Source of the DNA: Candidatus Falkowbacteria bacterium RIFOXYC2_FULL_36_12
GTDB taxonomy: Bacteria > Patescibacteriota > Patescibacteriia > UBA11705
Length of the DNA: 64,000 nucleotides
Assembly: GCA_001778235.1 (NCBI GenBank)
Contig: MFGJ01000007.1
Coordinates: 264,331 to 328,330, forward strand
Direction: 5' to 3'
In this document: piece by piece, positions 28,563 through 38,023 of the stretch
Layout: the number at the start of each line of letters is the position of its first letter
Position numbering within the stretch: position 1 is the stretch's first letter
Program-made: the position numbers and the translations under genes
Notes under the pieces: generated by a model
Told to the model about the DNA's origin: nothing
The model's input: the letters and a program-made list of their open reading frames with translations, nothing else
Database searches by the model: none

Positions 28563-29654
28563 ATGAATACTGACATAAAATACTGGCTTGCCTTTAATCA
28601 GGTCAAACATCTGGGGCCGATCAATTTCCACAAGATAATTCGTGGATTTCCTGATCTTGAAACTGCATGGAAACTTGGTCAAAGGCAAGATTTTCTTGAT
28701 GTTGGGTTAAATGAAAAACAGATTGAGGAAATAATACAAGCAAAAAGGCAGATTTCGCCCAATGACCTTGAAGAAAGGCTTTACAAAGAAGAAATCAAGG
28801 TTGTAACCGTACTTGATAATGATTATCCGATTTTACTCAAAGAAATCTATGGCTGTCCCCCGCTGATTTATTACAAGGGAATGATTGAACAATTATCAGG
28901 GCCAACGATTGCAATTGTCGGTACCAGAAGAATGAGCTCATACGGGAAACTAATGACTGAAAAAATAGCTAGGGAATTGGTAGAAAATCAAATTTGTATT
29001 GTCAGTGGATTAGCTGTCGGTGTTGATGCAATTGCACATATTACAAGTCTAAATTTTAATGGGATAACGGCTGCGGTTCTCGGCTCCGGACTAAGCTCGT
29101 ACAATATCTATCCGAGTATAAATCGTAAGTTGGCTCACAACATTCTTGAAAAAAATGGTGTTTTAATTTCAGAATATCCGCCGGAAATGCTACCGCTCAA
29201 ACATAATTTTCCTTTGCGCAACAGAATAATCGCAGGTCTAAGTCTAGCGACAATTGTGGTAGAGGCTGGTGAGAGTTCGGGAGCTTTAATTACGGCAAAA
29301 TATGCCCTGGAATTTAATCGTGAAATATTCGCTGTACCGGGGAATGCAAATAGCCTGACTTCAGCTGGACCAAATAATTTAATAAAACAAGGTGCAAACC
29401 TGATTACCTCGGCAGAAGATATTTTTCTCAATCTAAATTTGCAATACACTACAAATCGACGAGAAAAAATTTCAGCTGATTCTCCCATACAGCAGATTAT
29501 CCTTGACCAACTAAGTTTTGAGCCAATTCATATAAATAACCTGCAAAAACAGACCAACTTATCGGCTGCAGAATTAAATGCCAGCTTGACAATCATGGAA
29601 CTCCAAGGTAAAGTTAGGAATCTTGGGAATATGCATTATACAAAAAATATATGA
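28563..29654 (+). CDS. dprA: DNA-processing protein DprA
   Basis: AIVGTR, VSGLAVGVDA.AH, FPLRNRIIAG, SGALITA. Confidence 0.96.
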   Translation: MNTDIKYWLAFNQVKHLGPINFHKIIRGFPDLETAWKLGQRQDFLDVGLNEKQIEEIIQAKRQISPNDLEERLYKEEIKVVTVLDNDYPILLKEIYGCPPLIYYKGMIEQLSGPTIAIVGTRRMSSYGKLMTEKIARELVENQICIVSGLAVGVDAIAHITSLNFNGITAAVLGSGLSSYNIYPSINRKLAHNILEKNGVLISEYPPEMLPLKHNFPLRNRIIAGLSLATIVVEAGESSGALITAKYALEFNREIFAVPGNANSLTSAGPNNLIKQGANLITSAEDIFLNLNLQYTTNRREKISADSPIQQIILDQLSFEPIHINNLQKQTNLSAAELNASLTIMELQGKVRNLGNMHYTKNI

Positions 29655-30916
29655 ACACAATACTTTTCAAAAAATACAAACAAGCTGAACAATTTATTGA
29701 GTCAATACAAAATCTAACTCCAGAAAATTTCTTCACTGGCAAAGTTGATCAAGACTTTTTATTCAAAAGAGCTAAGTATCTATTAGCTTTGGCGGGAAAC
29801 CCAGATAAAGCATATAAAATTATTCATATTGCAGGGACCAGTGGCAAAGGTTCAACGGTGAATTATATTTCTAAAATCTTACAAAAAGCTGGCTACAAAG
29901 TCGGAACTCATTATTCCCCCTTTGTTTCAGTTGCAACGGAAAAAATTCAAATCAACCAAATATTTATATCAATGAAAGAATTTGTTGATTTGGTTGAAGA
30001 AATGAAACCAATAATAAACAAATGTTATGAAAAAATTGGAATACCCAGTTATTTTGAAGTTTGGATGATAATGACTCTGCTGTATTTCAATAAAAAGAAA
30101 GTTGACTATGTTATTCTCGAGACAGGTTGTGGTGGAAGGTATGATGCCTCAAACGCAGTTAGCAAAACCGCTCTTTCTATTATTACAAATATTGGTCTCG
30201 ATCATACATTTATCTTGGGAGATACCATTGAAAAAATTGCTTGGCAAAAGGCTGGTATCATCCGATCAAGAGGCAAAGTTTTAACCGGCGCGGAGCAGCA
30301 AAGTGTATTAAATATTTTCAAAAAAATATGCAAAGAAAAGAATGCTAAACTGGAGATTATAAGATCTGAAGATATGAATAAAGCTTTGGCGCTTCGAGTT
30401 GGAGAAATATTGAAAATTGATGATCTAATTATCCAAAAAGCCTTGGCTGAAGAAACTTCTGTTCCAGCCAGATTTGAAATTGTGCAAAATAATCCACTAA
30501 TTATCTTTGATGGTGCTCATAACCCAGATAAAATAAAATATTTAAGTGAAAAATTAAAAACTTTAAAGACTAAGTCAAAAATAGGAAAAACTTATCTAAT
30601 TTGCGCATTGGCAGATAAAAAAAATCCAAAAGATGTTTTTCAAGCCATAAAACCACTAGCTGATAATATTTATATCACAAAATTTAGTAATCCTTTCAGA
30701 AAAAGCTGTGATTTATTGGAATTGAAGCAAGCATTCAAGGGAAAAGCAACAACAATCTTTCTTGATCCGCAGGATGCACTAAAACAAGCGCGGAAGTTAG
30801 CTAAAACAAATGATTTGATTTTAATCACCGGTTCTTTTTTCCTATGTTCAGATCTACGAAAAAACTGGATTAGTGAAGAAAAGCAACTGGAACAAAAAAC
30901 TAATTTTCCTAAATAA
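29651..30916 (+). CDS. folC: Folylpolyglutamate synthase family (Mur-ligase fold)
   Basis: IHIAGTSGKGS, ETGCGGRYDASN, IGLDH, DGAHN, TGSF. Confidence 0.88.
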   Translation: MNTILFKKYKQAEQFIESIQNLTPENFFTGKVDQDFLFKRAKYLLALAGNPDKAYKIIHIAGTSGKGSTVNYISKILQKAGYKVGTHYSPFVSVATEKIQINQIFISMKEFVDLVEEMKPIINKCYEKIGIPSYFEVWMIMTLLYFNKKKVDYVILETGCGGRYDASNAVSKTALSIITNIGLDHTFILGDTIEKIAWQKAGIIRSRGKVLTGAEQQSVLNIFKKICKEKNAKLEIIRSEDMNKALALRVGEILKIDDLIIQKALAEETSVPARFEIVQNNPLIIFDGAHNPDKIKYLSEKLKTLKTKSKIGKTYLICALADKKNPKDVFQAIKPLADNIYITKFSNPFRKSCDLLELKQAFKGKATTIFLDPQDALKQARKLAKTNDLILITGSFFLCSDLRKNWISEEKQLEQKTNFPK

Positions 30917-30959
30917 ATTTTTCATTAAAAAAACACTGATGATTTAATCGGTGTTTTAT

Positions 30960-31080
30960 AATTATTTTGTGCAAGGCATGAAGATCAACTAATGCCTAGC
31001 CCAGAAAAAACACCAAGAGTCGGTGCAAGATAGCTGAAGCCTATTGGCACTGGGCTATTTTCAGTATTAATGCATAATAA
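30960..31080 (-). ncRNA. Putative structured ncRNA between folC and topA
   Basis: Nested stems tagcccag/ctgggcta, gcaccga/ttggtgt, ggcat/atgcc; TTGACA at 31107-12 on the minus strand; terminator-like hairpin at 30928-30958. Confidence 0.45.
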
Positions 31081-31312
31081 AAATCTTCAACACTCTGACT
31101 TTGTTTTGTCAACAGTCTAAACTTTTATGTGTTATAATGAATTTGACATGTTTGCATGGTTCTGATAGTTTTAGTATTTGTAAAGAAAAAAATATTGATG
31201 CTGGTCAAAGATTACTAAATTTCTGAAGGAATATTCTGAATTATAAAAAAACATTTGAGCTGTGATTCAGGAGAAAATTTAGCTTTATATCATATCTATT
31301 AATTACTTCATT

Positions 31313-33514
31313 ATGAAAAACTTAGTTATAGTAGAGTCACCGACAAAAGCAAAAACCATTACTAAATTTTTGGGCAAAGACTACAAAGTCGAGTCCTCTT
31401 ATGGTCATGTACGCGACTTGCCACCGAAAGACCTTGGCATTGATGTAGAAAATAATTTCAAACCAAAATATCAAGTTATTGAAAAAGCCAAAAAGCAAGT
31501 CAGCAAATTAAAAGAATTAGCCAGTAAAGCGGATAATATTATTCTAGCGACTGATGAAGATCGAGAAGGAGAAGCGATTTCTTGGCATTTAAAATATCTG
31601 CTAAAACCAAAAAAATACCAGCGAATTACTTTTCATGAAATTACCAAGAAAGCAATTGAAGACGCACTTGAACATCCTCGAGACATTGATGAAAACTTGG
31701 TTGATGCTCAACAAGCTCGTCGAGTACTTGATCGGCTGGTTGGTTTCAAATTATCACCATTTCTCTGGAATAAAGTGGCTCGAGGCCTATCAGCGGGGAG
31801 AGTCCAATCTGTGGCTGTACGATTAATCGTTGAAAGAGAAAGAGAGCGAGAAGCCTTTAAGATGGATGAATATTGGACAATCGAAGGAATTTTTGACAAG
31901 GCCAAACAAGAATTCCCAGGCAGACTCAATGCGATTGACAATAAAACATTAAAAAAATTAGCAATAAAAAATAAAGAGTCAGCTGATAAAATTCTGGCTG
32001 AACTCAAAGATAAAAATTTTAAAATATCAAAAGTTGAAAAAAAGGAAACCTTGAAAAATCCACCAACACCTTTTACCACCTCTACCCTACAACAAGCAGC
32101 CAATAATAAGTTGAACATGTCTGCCAAACAGACAATGATGCTGGCTCAACAATTGTACGAAGGAATGAAACTTGGTTCTGACTCTGTTGGTCTGATTACC
32201 TACATGAGAACTGACTCCCAAAATTTGTCAGAAATGTTTTTGGAAGCGACTCATGATTATTTGAAAAATACTTTAGGCAAAGAATATGTGCCAGCAAAAC
32301 CAAAAAAATATAAATCAAAATCAAAGGGTGCGCAAGAAGCACATGAAGCAATCAGACCGACTGACCCGACTCGCACACCAGAATCAATAAAAAGTCATCT
32401 AGATGAAAAACAATACAAACTTTATAATTTGATTTGGTCAAGAACATTGGCAACACAGATGACTCCAGCCAAACTGGATGCAACTGTGGTAGATATTAAT
32501 GACGAGACTGATAAATATACTTTTCGCGCAAATGGTCAGACAATTAAATTTGATGGGTTCCTGAAAATTTATAAAGAAATAACTAAAGAGTCTATACTAC
32601 CTGAATTGAACGAGAAAGACTCTGTTCATGGTAAAAATATTAAGGGTGATCAGCACTTCACACAACCTCCAGCAAGATATACTGAAGCGACCTTGGTAAA
32701 AGCCCTTGAAGAATATGGTATTGGTCGACCTTCAACCTATGCACCGACAATTGCCACAGTACAAGATAGAAATTATGTGGAGAAAGAAGGAAAAGCACTG
32801 AAACCAACAGAAATGGGAACCTTGGTAAATGATATTTTGGTGGAACATTTTGCTGATATTGTTGATTATGATTTTACAGCGGATATTGAAAAGAAATTTG
32901 ATTTGATTGAAGAAGGTAAACAGGAATGGCAACCAATTATAAAGGCTTTTTATGGTCCGTTTGCGAAAAATTTAAAAGAAAAAACCAAAGATCTGACCAA
33001 GAAAGAATTAACAGAAGAAACAACGGATGAAAAATGTGATAAATGCGGATCTGCCATGGTAATCAAAACTGGTAGATATGGTAAATTCATGGCTTGCTCA
33101 AACTATCCTGATTGTAAGAATACTAAAAATATTAACGAGGAAACTGGTGAAGCAGAAGACAAACCTGAACTAAAAAAACTTGATGAAAAATGTCCGGAGT
33201 GCGGAGAAGCATTGGTAGAAAGAGTTGGCAGATTTGGACCTTTTATTGGTTGTTCAAACTATCCTGATTGTAAATACATAAAAAAACAACAACAAGGAAC
33301 TGGTGTAAAATGTCCAAAGTGTGAAAAAGGTGAAATTGTCACCAAGAGAACTAGAGGCGGGAAAATATTTTTTGCTTGTAATAAATATCCAAAATGCGAT
33401 TACGCGCTATGGCAAAAACCAACTGGAGAAAAATGTGAAAAATGCGGATCACTGATTATTGAAACACCAAAAGGAGAAAAAAAATGCTCAAACCTAGAAT
33501 GTCATCACAAATAA
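31313..33514 (+). CDS. topA: DNA topoisomerase I with C-terminal zinc ribbons
   Basis: LVIVESPTK, ATDEDREGE, SAGRVQS, ITYMRTD, C4 zinc-finger repeats. Confidence 0.97.
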   Translation: MKNLVIVESPTKAKTITKFLGKDYKVESSYGHVRDLPPKDLGIDVENNFKPKYQVIEKAKKQVSKLKELASKADNIILATDEDREGEAISWHLKYLLKPKKYQRITFHEITKKAIEDALEHPRDIDENLVDAQQARRVLDRLVGFKLSPFLWNKVARGLSAGRVQSVAVRLIVEREREREAFKMDEYWTIEGIFDKAKQEFPGRLNAIDNKTLKKLAIKNKESADKILAELKDKNFKISKVEKKETLKNPPTPFTTSTLQQAANNKLNMSAKQTMMLAQQLYEGMKLGSDSVGLITYMRTDSQNLSEMFLEATHDYLKNTLGKEYVPAKPKKYKSKSKGAQEAHEAIRPTDPTRTPESIKSHLDEKQYKLYNLIWSRTLATQMTPAKLDATVVDINDETDKYTFRANGQTIKFDGFLKIYKEITKESILPELNEKDSVHGKNIKGDQHFTQPPARYTEATLVKALEEYGIGRPSTYAPTIATVQDRNYVEKEGKALKPTEMGTLVNDILVEHFADIVDYDFTADIEKKFDLIEEGKQEWQPIIKAFYGPFAKNLKEKTKDLTKKELTEETTDEKCDKCGSAMVIKTGRYGKFMACSNYPDCKNTKNINEETGEAEDKPELKKLDEKCPECGEALVERVGRFGPFIGCSNYPDCKYIKKQQQGTGVKCPKCEKGEIVTKRTRGGKIFFACNKYPKCDYALWQKPTGEKCEKCGSLIIETPKGEKKCSNLECHHK

Positions 33515-33523
33515 TATTAATAT

Positions 33524-33553
33524 AAAAAAGGAACCTTCAAAGGTTTCTTTTTT
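33524..33553. terminator. Bidirectional intrinsic terminator after topA
   Basis: aaaaaggaacctt-caa-aggtttctttt hairpin with A and T tracts on both sides. Confidence 0.65.
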
Positions 33554-33555
33554 AG

Positions 33556-33617
33556 TGCAGGAGTCAGGATTTTAACCCCGATTAAAGTTGATGATAGGGT
33601 ATCACTGAACCCCTGCA
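33556..33617 (-). ncRNA. Putative sRNA B (stem with large loop)
   Basis: tgcaggggttcag/ctgactcctgca closing stem; TATAAT at 33624-29 on the minus strand; loop complementary to sRNA A. Confidence 0.55.
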
Positions 33618-33669
33618 ATTATAATTATAACTAATATTGTTGGTTAAACAAAATTTATTGCCCTTTTTT

Positions 33670-33738
33670 CAAAAAAACAAAAAGTCCTCGGAACAATCCA
33701 AGAACTTTTCGTAGATCGGGATATCCCCTATCATCAAC
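33670..33738 (-). ncRNA. Putative sRNA A (~68 nt)
   Basis: TTGACA(33768-73)-17bp-TGcTATTAT promoter; intrinsic terminator aaaagttcttgga/tccgaggactttt + U tract; no ORF. Confidence 0.65.
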
Positions 33739-33861
33739 ATCAATATAATAGCAAAGTTTAGATGATTTGTCAAGACTTAAAGCTGAAATGGCGTTGCCTT
33801 GATAAAAACTGGATTTTTTGTCATAATACAATATAATATAAATATAAAGATAAAAGAGGAT

Positions 33862-35505
33862 ATGCAAACTAGGTTTGAAAAAATTTTGCAAAATCTTGAA
33901 AAAAACTCCATTAAATCAACACCTGAAATACTTCAGAGAGCTTTTAATTTTTTACAAAGCCAGGAACCTACAATGTCTGAACAGGAGAAACAAGAGTTGA
34001 TACTAAAACCACTGGATGTGGCTCATAACTACTCGCTCCAGGCAATTACGCCTGAACTTGTAGCGGTCTTCATGCTGGCTCCAATTTCAAGAAAAAATCA
34101 GCAAATAGAACAAGAAATCAATAAACTTTTTGATAAGAAATTTACTCAAATACTAAAAGCTTATAATTTGGCTGAAACAAATCTAAAAACAAAGATTGAC
34201 GATCGTTGCTCTTTTGCACATACGCTGAATACCACATTGCAGATTGATCCGCTAAATCTCGGCTATGAAGTTATTTGCGCATCATTATTAAAACATGTAC
34301 CAGAATTTTCCAATATAACCATAGATGAAATCAAAAATGAGTTCGGCGATGATATTGCGGAAATTATTATCAATGTAAATAAGTTAAAATCTCTAAGGTC
34401 ATTGCCTCACAAAGCAAATACAATTGATTTGCAACAGATGTTTCTGTCTTTATCAAAAGATATTAGAGTCATATTGATAAAAATGTGCTCATTGATTGAT
34501 ATGTTAATAAATCTGCATGAGATAAAGGAATCACACAGAACAAGAATAGCAACAGAAGCAATGCATATCTACGCACCAATCGCTGATATCCTAGGTATCT
34601 GGCGGATAAAATGGCAACTGGAAGATTATTCTTTTAAACATTTAAATCCAACTGAATATGATAAAATCAGCCAAAGGTTTAATGTGGATGAGAAAAAAAA
34701 TCGTGAAAAATATATTGAAAAAACAAAACAAGTAATTTTTAAAAAGGCGCAGGAACAAGGGATTGAATGTCAGCTTGATGGAAGATTTAAACACTTCTAT
34801 AGTATTTACAAAAAAATGAATAATTACCAGAAGGACTTTAATGAGGTTTATGATGTATTTGCACTAAGAGTAATTGTCAACAATATTGAAGACTGCTATC
34901 GAATGCTTGGTTTAATCCATCAAACATGGAAACCGAAATCTGAAAGAATAAAAGATTATATTGCTGCACCAAAAAAAAATAGCTATCAGAGTTTACATAC
35001 TACGGTATATGGTATTAATGGTAGGATGACAGAATTTCAAATTAGAACAAAAGAGATGGATGACTCGGCTAAATTTGGAGTTGCCTCCCACTGGCTGTAT
35101 AAACACAATAATCCAAAACTACCAAAATGGGTCAATCACTTTTTATCTTATGCCAGCCAAAATCCACTTGAGCAAATAAATTCAGAATTCCTTTTTGATC
35201 AAATTTTTGTTTATACCCCCAAGAGAGACATTATTTCCTTACCAAAAGGTTCAAATGCAATTGATTTTGCCTACCACATACATACTGATCTTGGCCATAA
35301 ATTTAATGGCGTTAAGATAAATGGACAACTAGCAAATGAATGGCAAAAGTTAAAAAATGAAGATGTGGTTGAGATAATTACCAATCCAAAACAGTCTTTA
35401 CCAAAGGCTGAATGGCTAAAAATGGTTAAGAGTCCACTGGCAATCAAAGTTATAAAAACAGCACTTAATCAAGACGATGAACCAAAAAGACCAGCCTTGA
35501 TGTAA
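33862..35505 (+). CDS. RelA/SpoT homologue with degenerate HD hydrolase, intact synthetase and TGS domain
   Basis: GRFKHFYSIYKK, DYIAAPKKNSYQSLHT, EFQIRT, DFAYHIHT; HD motif replaced (LLKHVPEF). Confidence 0.88.
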   Translation: MQTRFEKILQNLEKNSIKSTPEILQRAFNFLQSQEPTMSEQEKQELILKPLDVAHNYSLQAITPELVAVFMLAPISRKNQQIEQEINKLFDKKFTQILKAYNLAETNLKTKIDDRCSFAHTLNTTLQIDPLNLGYEVICASLLKHVPEFSNITIDEIKNEFGDDIAEIIINVNKLKSLRSLPHKANTIDLQQMFLSLSKDIRVILIKMCSLIDMLINLHEIKESHRTRIATEAMHIYAPIADILGIWRIKWQLEDYSFKHLNPTEYDKISQRFNVDEKKNREKYIEKTKQVIFKKAQEQGIECQLDGRFKHFYSIYKKMNNYQKDFNEVYDVFALRVIVNNIEDCYRMLGLIHQTWKPKSERIKDYIAAPKKNSYQSLHTTVYGINGRMTEFQIRTKEMDDSAKFGVASHWLYKHNNPKLPKWVNHFLSYASQNPLEQINSEFLFDQIFVYTPKRDIISLPKGSNAIDFAYHIHTDLGHKFNGVKINGQLANEWQKLKNEDVVEIITNPKQSLPKAEWLKMVKSPLAIKVIKTALNQDDEPKRPALM

Positions 35506-35541
35506 TAATTGTGTTATAATCAATATTATTGAGATAAAAAA

Positions 35542-37005
35542 ATGTCTATAAGAAAATTAATCTCAACAATTAAAAAATTTCATCCTGAAGCAGACACTTC
35601 TATGGTCGAGCTGGCTTATGATTTTGCGAAGACTGCTCATGCAGGACAAAAAAGAGCAACAGGAAATGAATATATAAATCATTCACTCGCCACAGCACAA
35701 ATATTGGCAGAACTAAAATTATCCCCAACAATTATTATTGCTGGACTGCTTCATGATGTTCCAGAAGATACAGAATATACACTGGAAGATGTGAAAAAAA
35801 ACTTTGGAGCTGAAGTTGCCAGTATTGTAAAAGGGATTACTAAACTTAGTAATATTAAATATCGTGGCATGGATCGCTATGTTGAGAATCTGCGTAAAAT
35901 GTTTGTGGCCATGGCCGAAGATATCAGAGTCATAATCGTAAAATTTGCTGATAGACTTCACAACTTAAATACTCTTTATGCTCTACCAGCCAACAAACAA
36001 AAAAGAATTGCCATGGAATCTCTGGAAATCTATGTCCCGATTGCAAATAGACTTGGTATTGGAGAACTGCAGTCAAGACTTGAAGACAATGCTTTTAAAT
36101 ATGCCTATCCTGATGAGTTCATGTGGGTTGAGCAATTGATAAAAAAGCAGGTGCCAATAAAAACGAAAACTCTGAACCAGATGAAAACAAAATTATCAAA
36201 TGAACTGAAAAAAGAAAGCATAAATTTTGAGGAAATTTATGGTAGGAATAAACATTATTATAGTTTGTTCCGAAAACTTTTGAGATTTAATCGTGATATC
36301 AGTAAAATTTATGACATAGTGGCAATCAGAGTAATTGTGAAAAATATTGCTGATTGTTATGCTGTACTTGGAGTGGTCCATAATCTATGGAAACCAGTAA
36401 AAGGACGAATAAAAGATTATATTGCCCAGCCAAAACCAAATGGTTATCAGTCTTTGCACACAACTGTTTTCGGTGATAACAAAGAAATTGTTGAATTTCA
36501 AATTCGTACCAAGAAAATGCATGAACAAGCAGAGTTTGGTATTGCTGCACACTGGGAATATAAAGAAGGTAAAAATGGACCAGAAAAAATAAAAAAAGAA
36601 GTTGCCTGGGTGCAAGATCTAGCAAAATGGTTAAAAGAAGTTCGAGACAATGAAAGTTTTCTCGAAGGAGCAAAAATTGATGTTTTCCAAAATAGAATTT
36701 TTGTTTTTACTCCCCAGGGTGAAGTCATTGACCTACCAGATGGAGCAACTCCAGTAGATTTTGCTTATCATATTCATACAGACCTTGGCAACAAATGTGA
36801 ACGAGCATATATTAATGACCAACAAATAAGTCTGGATACGAGATTGAAAAACGGCGATGTGGTCCAGATTGTAACGGCTAAAAAACGCAAGGGGCCAAAC
36901 CCTGAATGGCTAAAATTTGTTAAGACTAGAACTGCGCGCCAACATATTATGAATTTTCGCAATAAAAGTTGGAGAAATATTATTTCAAAATTTTCAAAAA
37001 AATAA
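35542..37005 (+). CDS. rel: Bifunctional (p)ppGpp synthetase/hydrolase (HD-SYNTH-TGS, no ACT domain)
   Basis: AHAGQKR, LLHDVPEDT, KFADRLHN, KPNGYQSLHT, EFQIRT, TGS domain. Confidence 0.93.
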   Translation: MSIRKLISTIKKFHPEADTSMVELAYDFAKTAHAGQKRATGNEYINHSLATAQILAELKLSPTIIIAGLLHDVPEDTEYTLEDVKKNFGAEVASIVKGITKLSNIKYRGMDRYVENLRKMFVAMAEDIRVIIVKFADRLHNLNTLYALPANKQKRIAMESLEIYVPIANRLGIGELQSRLEDNAFKYAYPDEFMWVEQLIKKQVPIKTKTLNQMKTKLSNELKKESINFEEIYGRNKHYYSLFRKLLRFNRDISKIYDIVAIRVIVKNIADCYAVLGVVHNLWKPVKGRIKDYIAQPKPNGYQSLHTTVFGDNKEIVEFQIRTKKMHEQAEFGIAAHWEYKEGKNGPEKIKKEVAWVQDLAKWLKEVRDNESFLEGAKIDVFQNRIFVFTPQGEVIDLPDGATPVDFAYHIHTDLGNKCERAYINDQQISLDTRLKNGDVVQIVTAKKRKGPNPEWLKFVKTRTARQHIMNFRNKSWRNIISKFSKK

Positions 37006-37089
37006 ATACAATCTTAATTCAAATTATTGATTATACTGATTTCTGATATAATATTAGTAGATTAGTAGTAATTTGTAATGTGTAATCTT

Positions 37090-37881
37090 ATGAAAAAAGT
37101 TTTTTTGGCATTGATAGTATTGTTGTCTTTAATTATTGCGCCGAGTCAAGTACTAGCAGTCAGTGCAGGAAACGCCTGTACCGGCGGACCTGGGAATGGA
37201 AATTGTGATGCAGGTTTATTTTGTGGAGTACTGAATGAATGTGAACCAAAAATAATTACCGGCGGAAGCTTAAATTGTTTTGAAAATTTTGAATGCCAAT
37301 CAAATAACTGCAATCCGGAGTCTAATGAATGTGAAGCCGCTACAACACCAACTCCAACTGATGTCTGTACTGCTGACACGGATTGTCCAAGTAATAAATA
37401 TTGTCTGATCGCTGGAGACGGGACAACATCCTGCGTAAATAAATTAGCCAATGGTGCGACTGGTTGCTTTCGAAATAGTAATTGTGTGTCAAACAATTGC
37501 GATCTTGCAACTGCAACTTGCCAAGCGGCAACAGGTGCTCCCACTCCACCCGTTGGATCAACTACACCGCTGGGGGCAGAGACAACGCCAGCGATCGAAG
37601 CAGAAACTGAAACTGAAACAACTAGACTGGTGAATCCGCTTGGGACTGATTCTCTACAAGTGATTATTGGTCGAGTAATTAGATTTTTCATTGGAATTGC
37701 TGGGACTACTGCTTTGGCGGTTTTGGTCTATGGTGGTATTATTTTATTAATCTCTGGCGGTCGAGATACTTATATAAAAAAAGGTAGAAATGCAGTAATT
37801 TACTCGGTTTTGGGCTTAGCAATTATTTTCTCAAGCTATATTTTAGTTAAATTTATTATTGCGGCCTTATCACAAGCATAA
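37090..37881 (+). CDS. Secreted Cys-rich protein with C-terminal TrbC/VirB2-like pilin domain
   Basis: Signal peptide, C...DC....C repeats, Thr/Pro linker, LVNPLG...IIGRVIRFFIG...VYGG.....SGG. Confidence 0.75.
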   Translation: MKKVFLALIVLLSLIIAPSQVLAVSAGNACTGGPGNGNCDAGLFCGVLNECEPKIITGGSLNCFENFECQSNNCNPESNECEAATTPTPTDVCTADTDCPSNKYCLIAGDGTTSCVNKLANGATGCFRNSNCVSNNCDLATATCQAATGAPTPPVGSTTPLGAETTPAIEAETETETTRLVNPLGTDSLQVIIGRVIRFFIGIAGTTALAVLVYGGIILLISGGRDTYIKKGRNAVIYSVLGLAIIFSSYILVKFIIAALSQA

Positions 37882-38023
37882 TTTAGAATAGCCCAAGATT
37901 AAAATCTTACCCTATTGACTTTTTTCGTAGTTTATGGTAAGATTTTTTATTAAGAACCTTGAAAACCAGAAAAAACAACACCCATGAAGTTAACGAGTTG
38001 AACTTCAGGGAAGAGGAGGCTCC

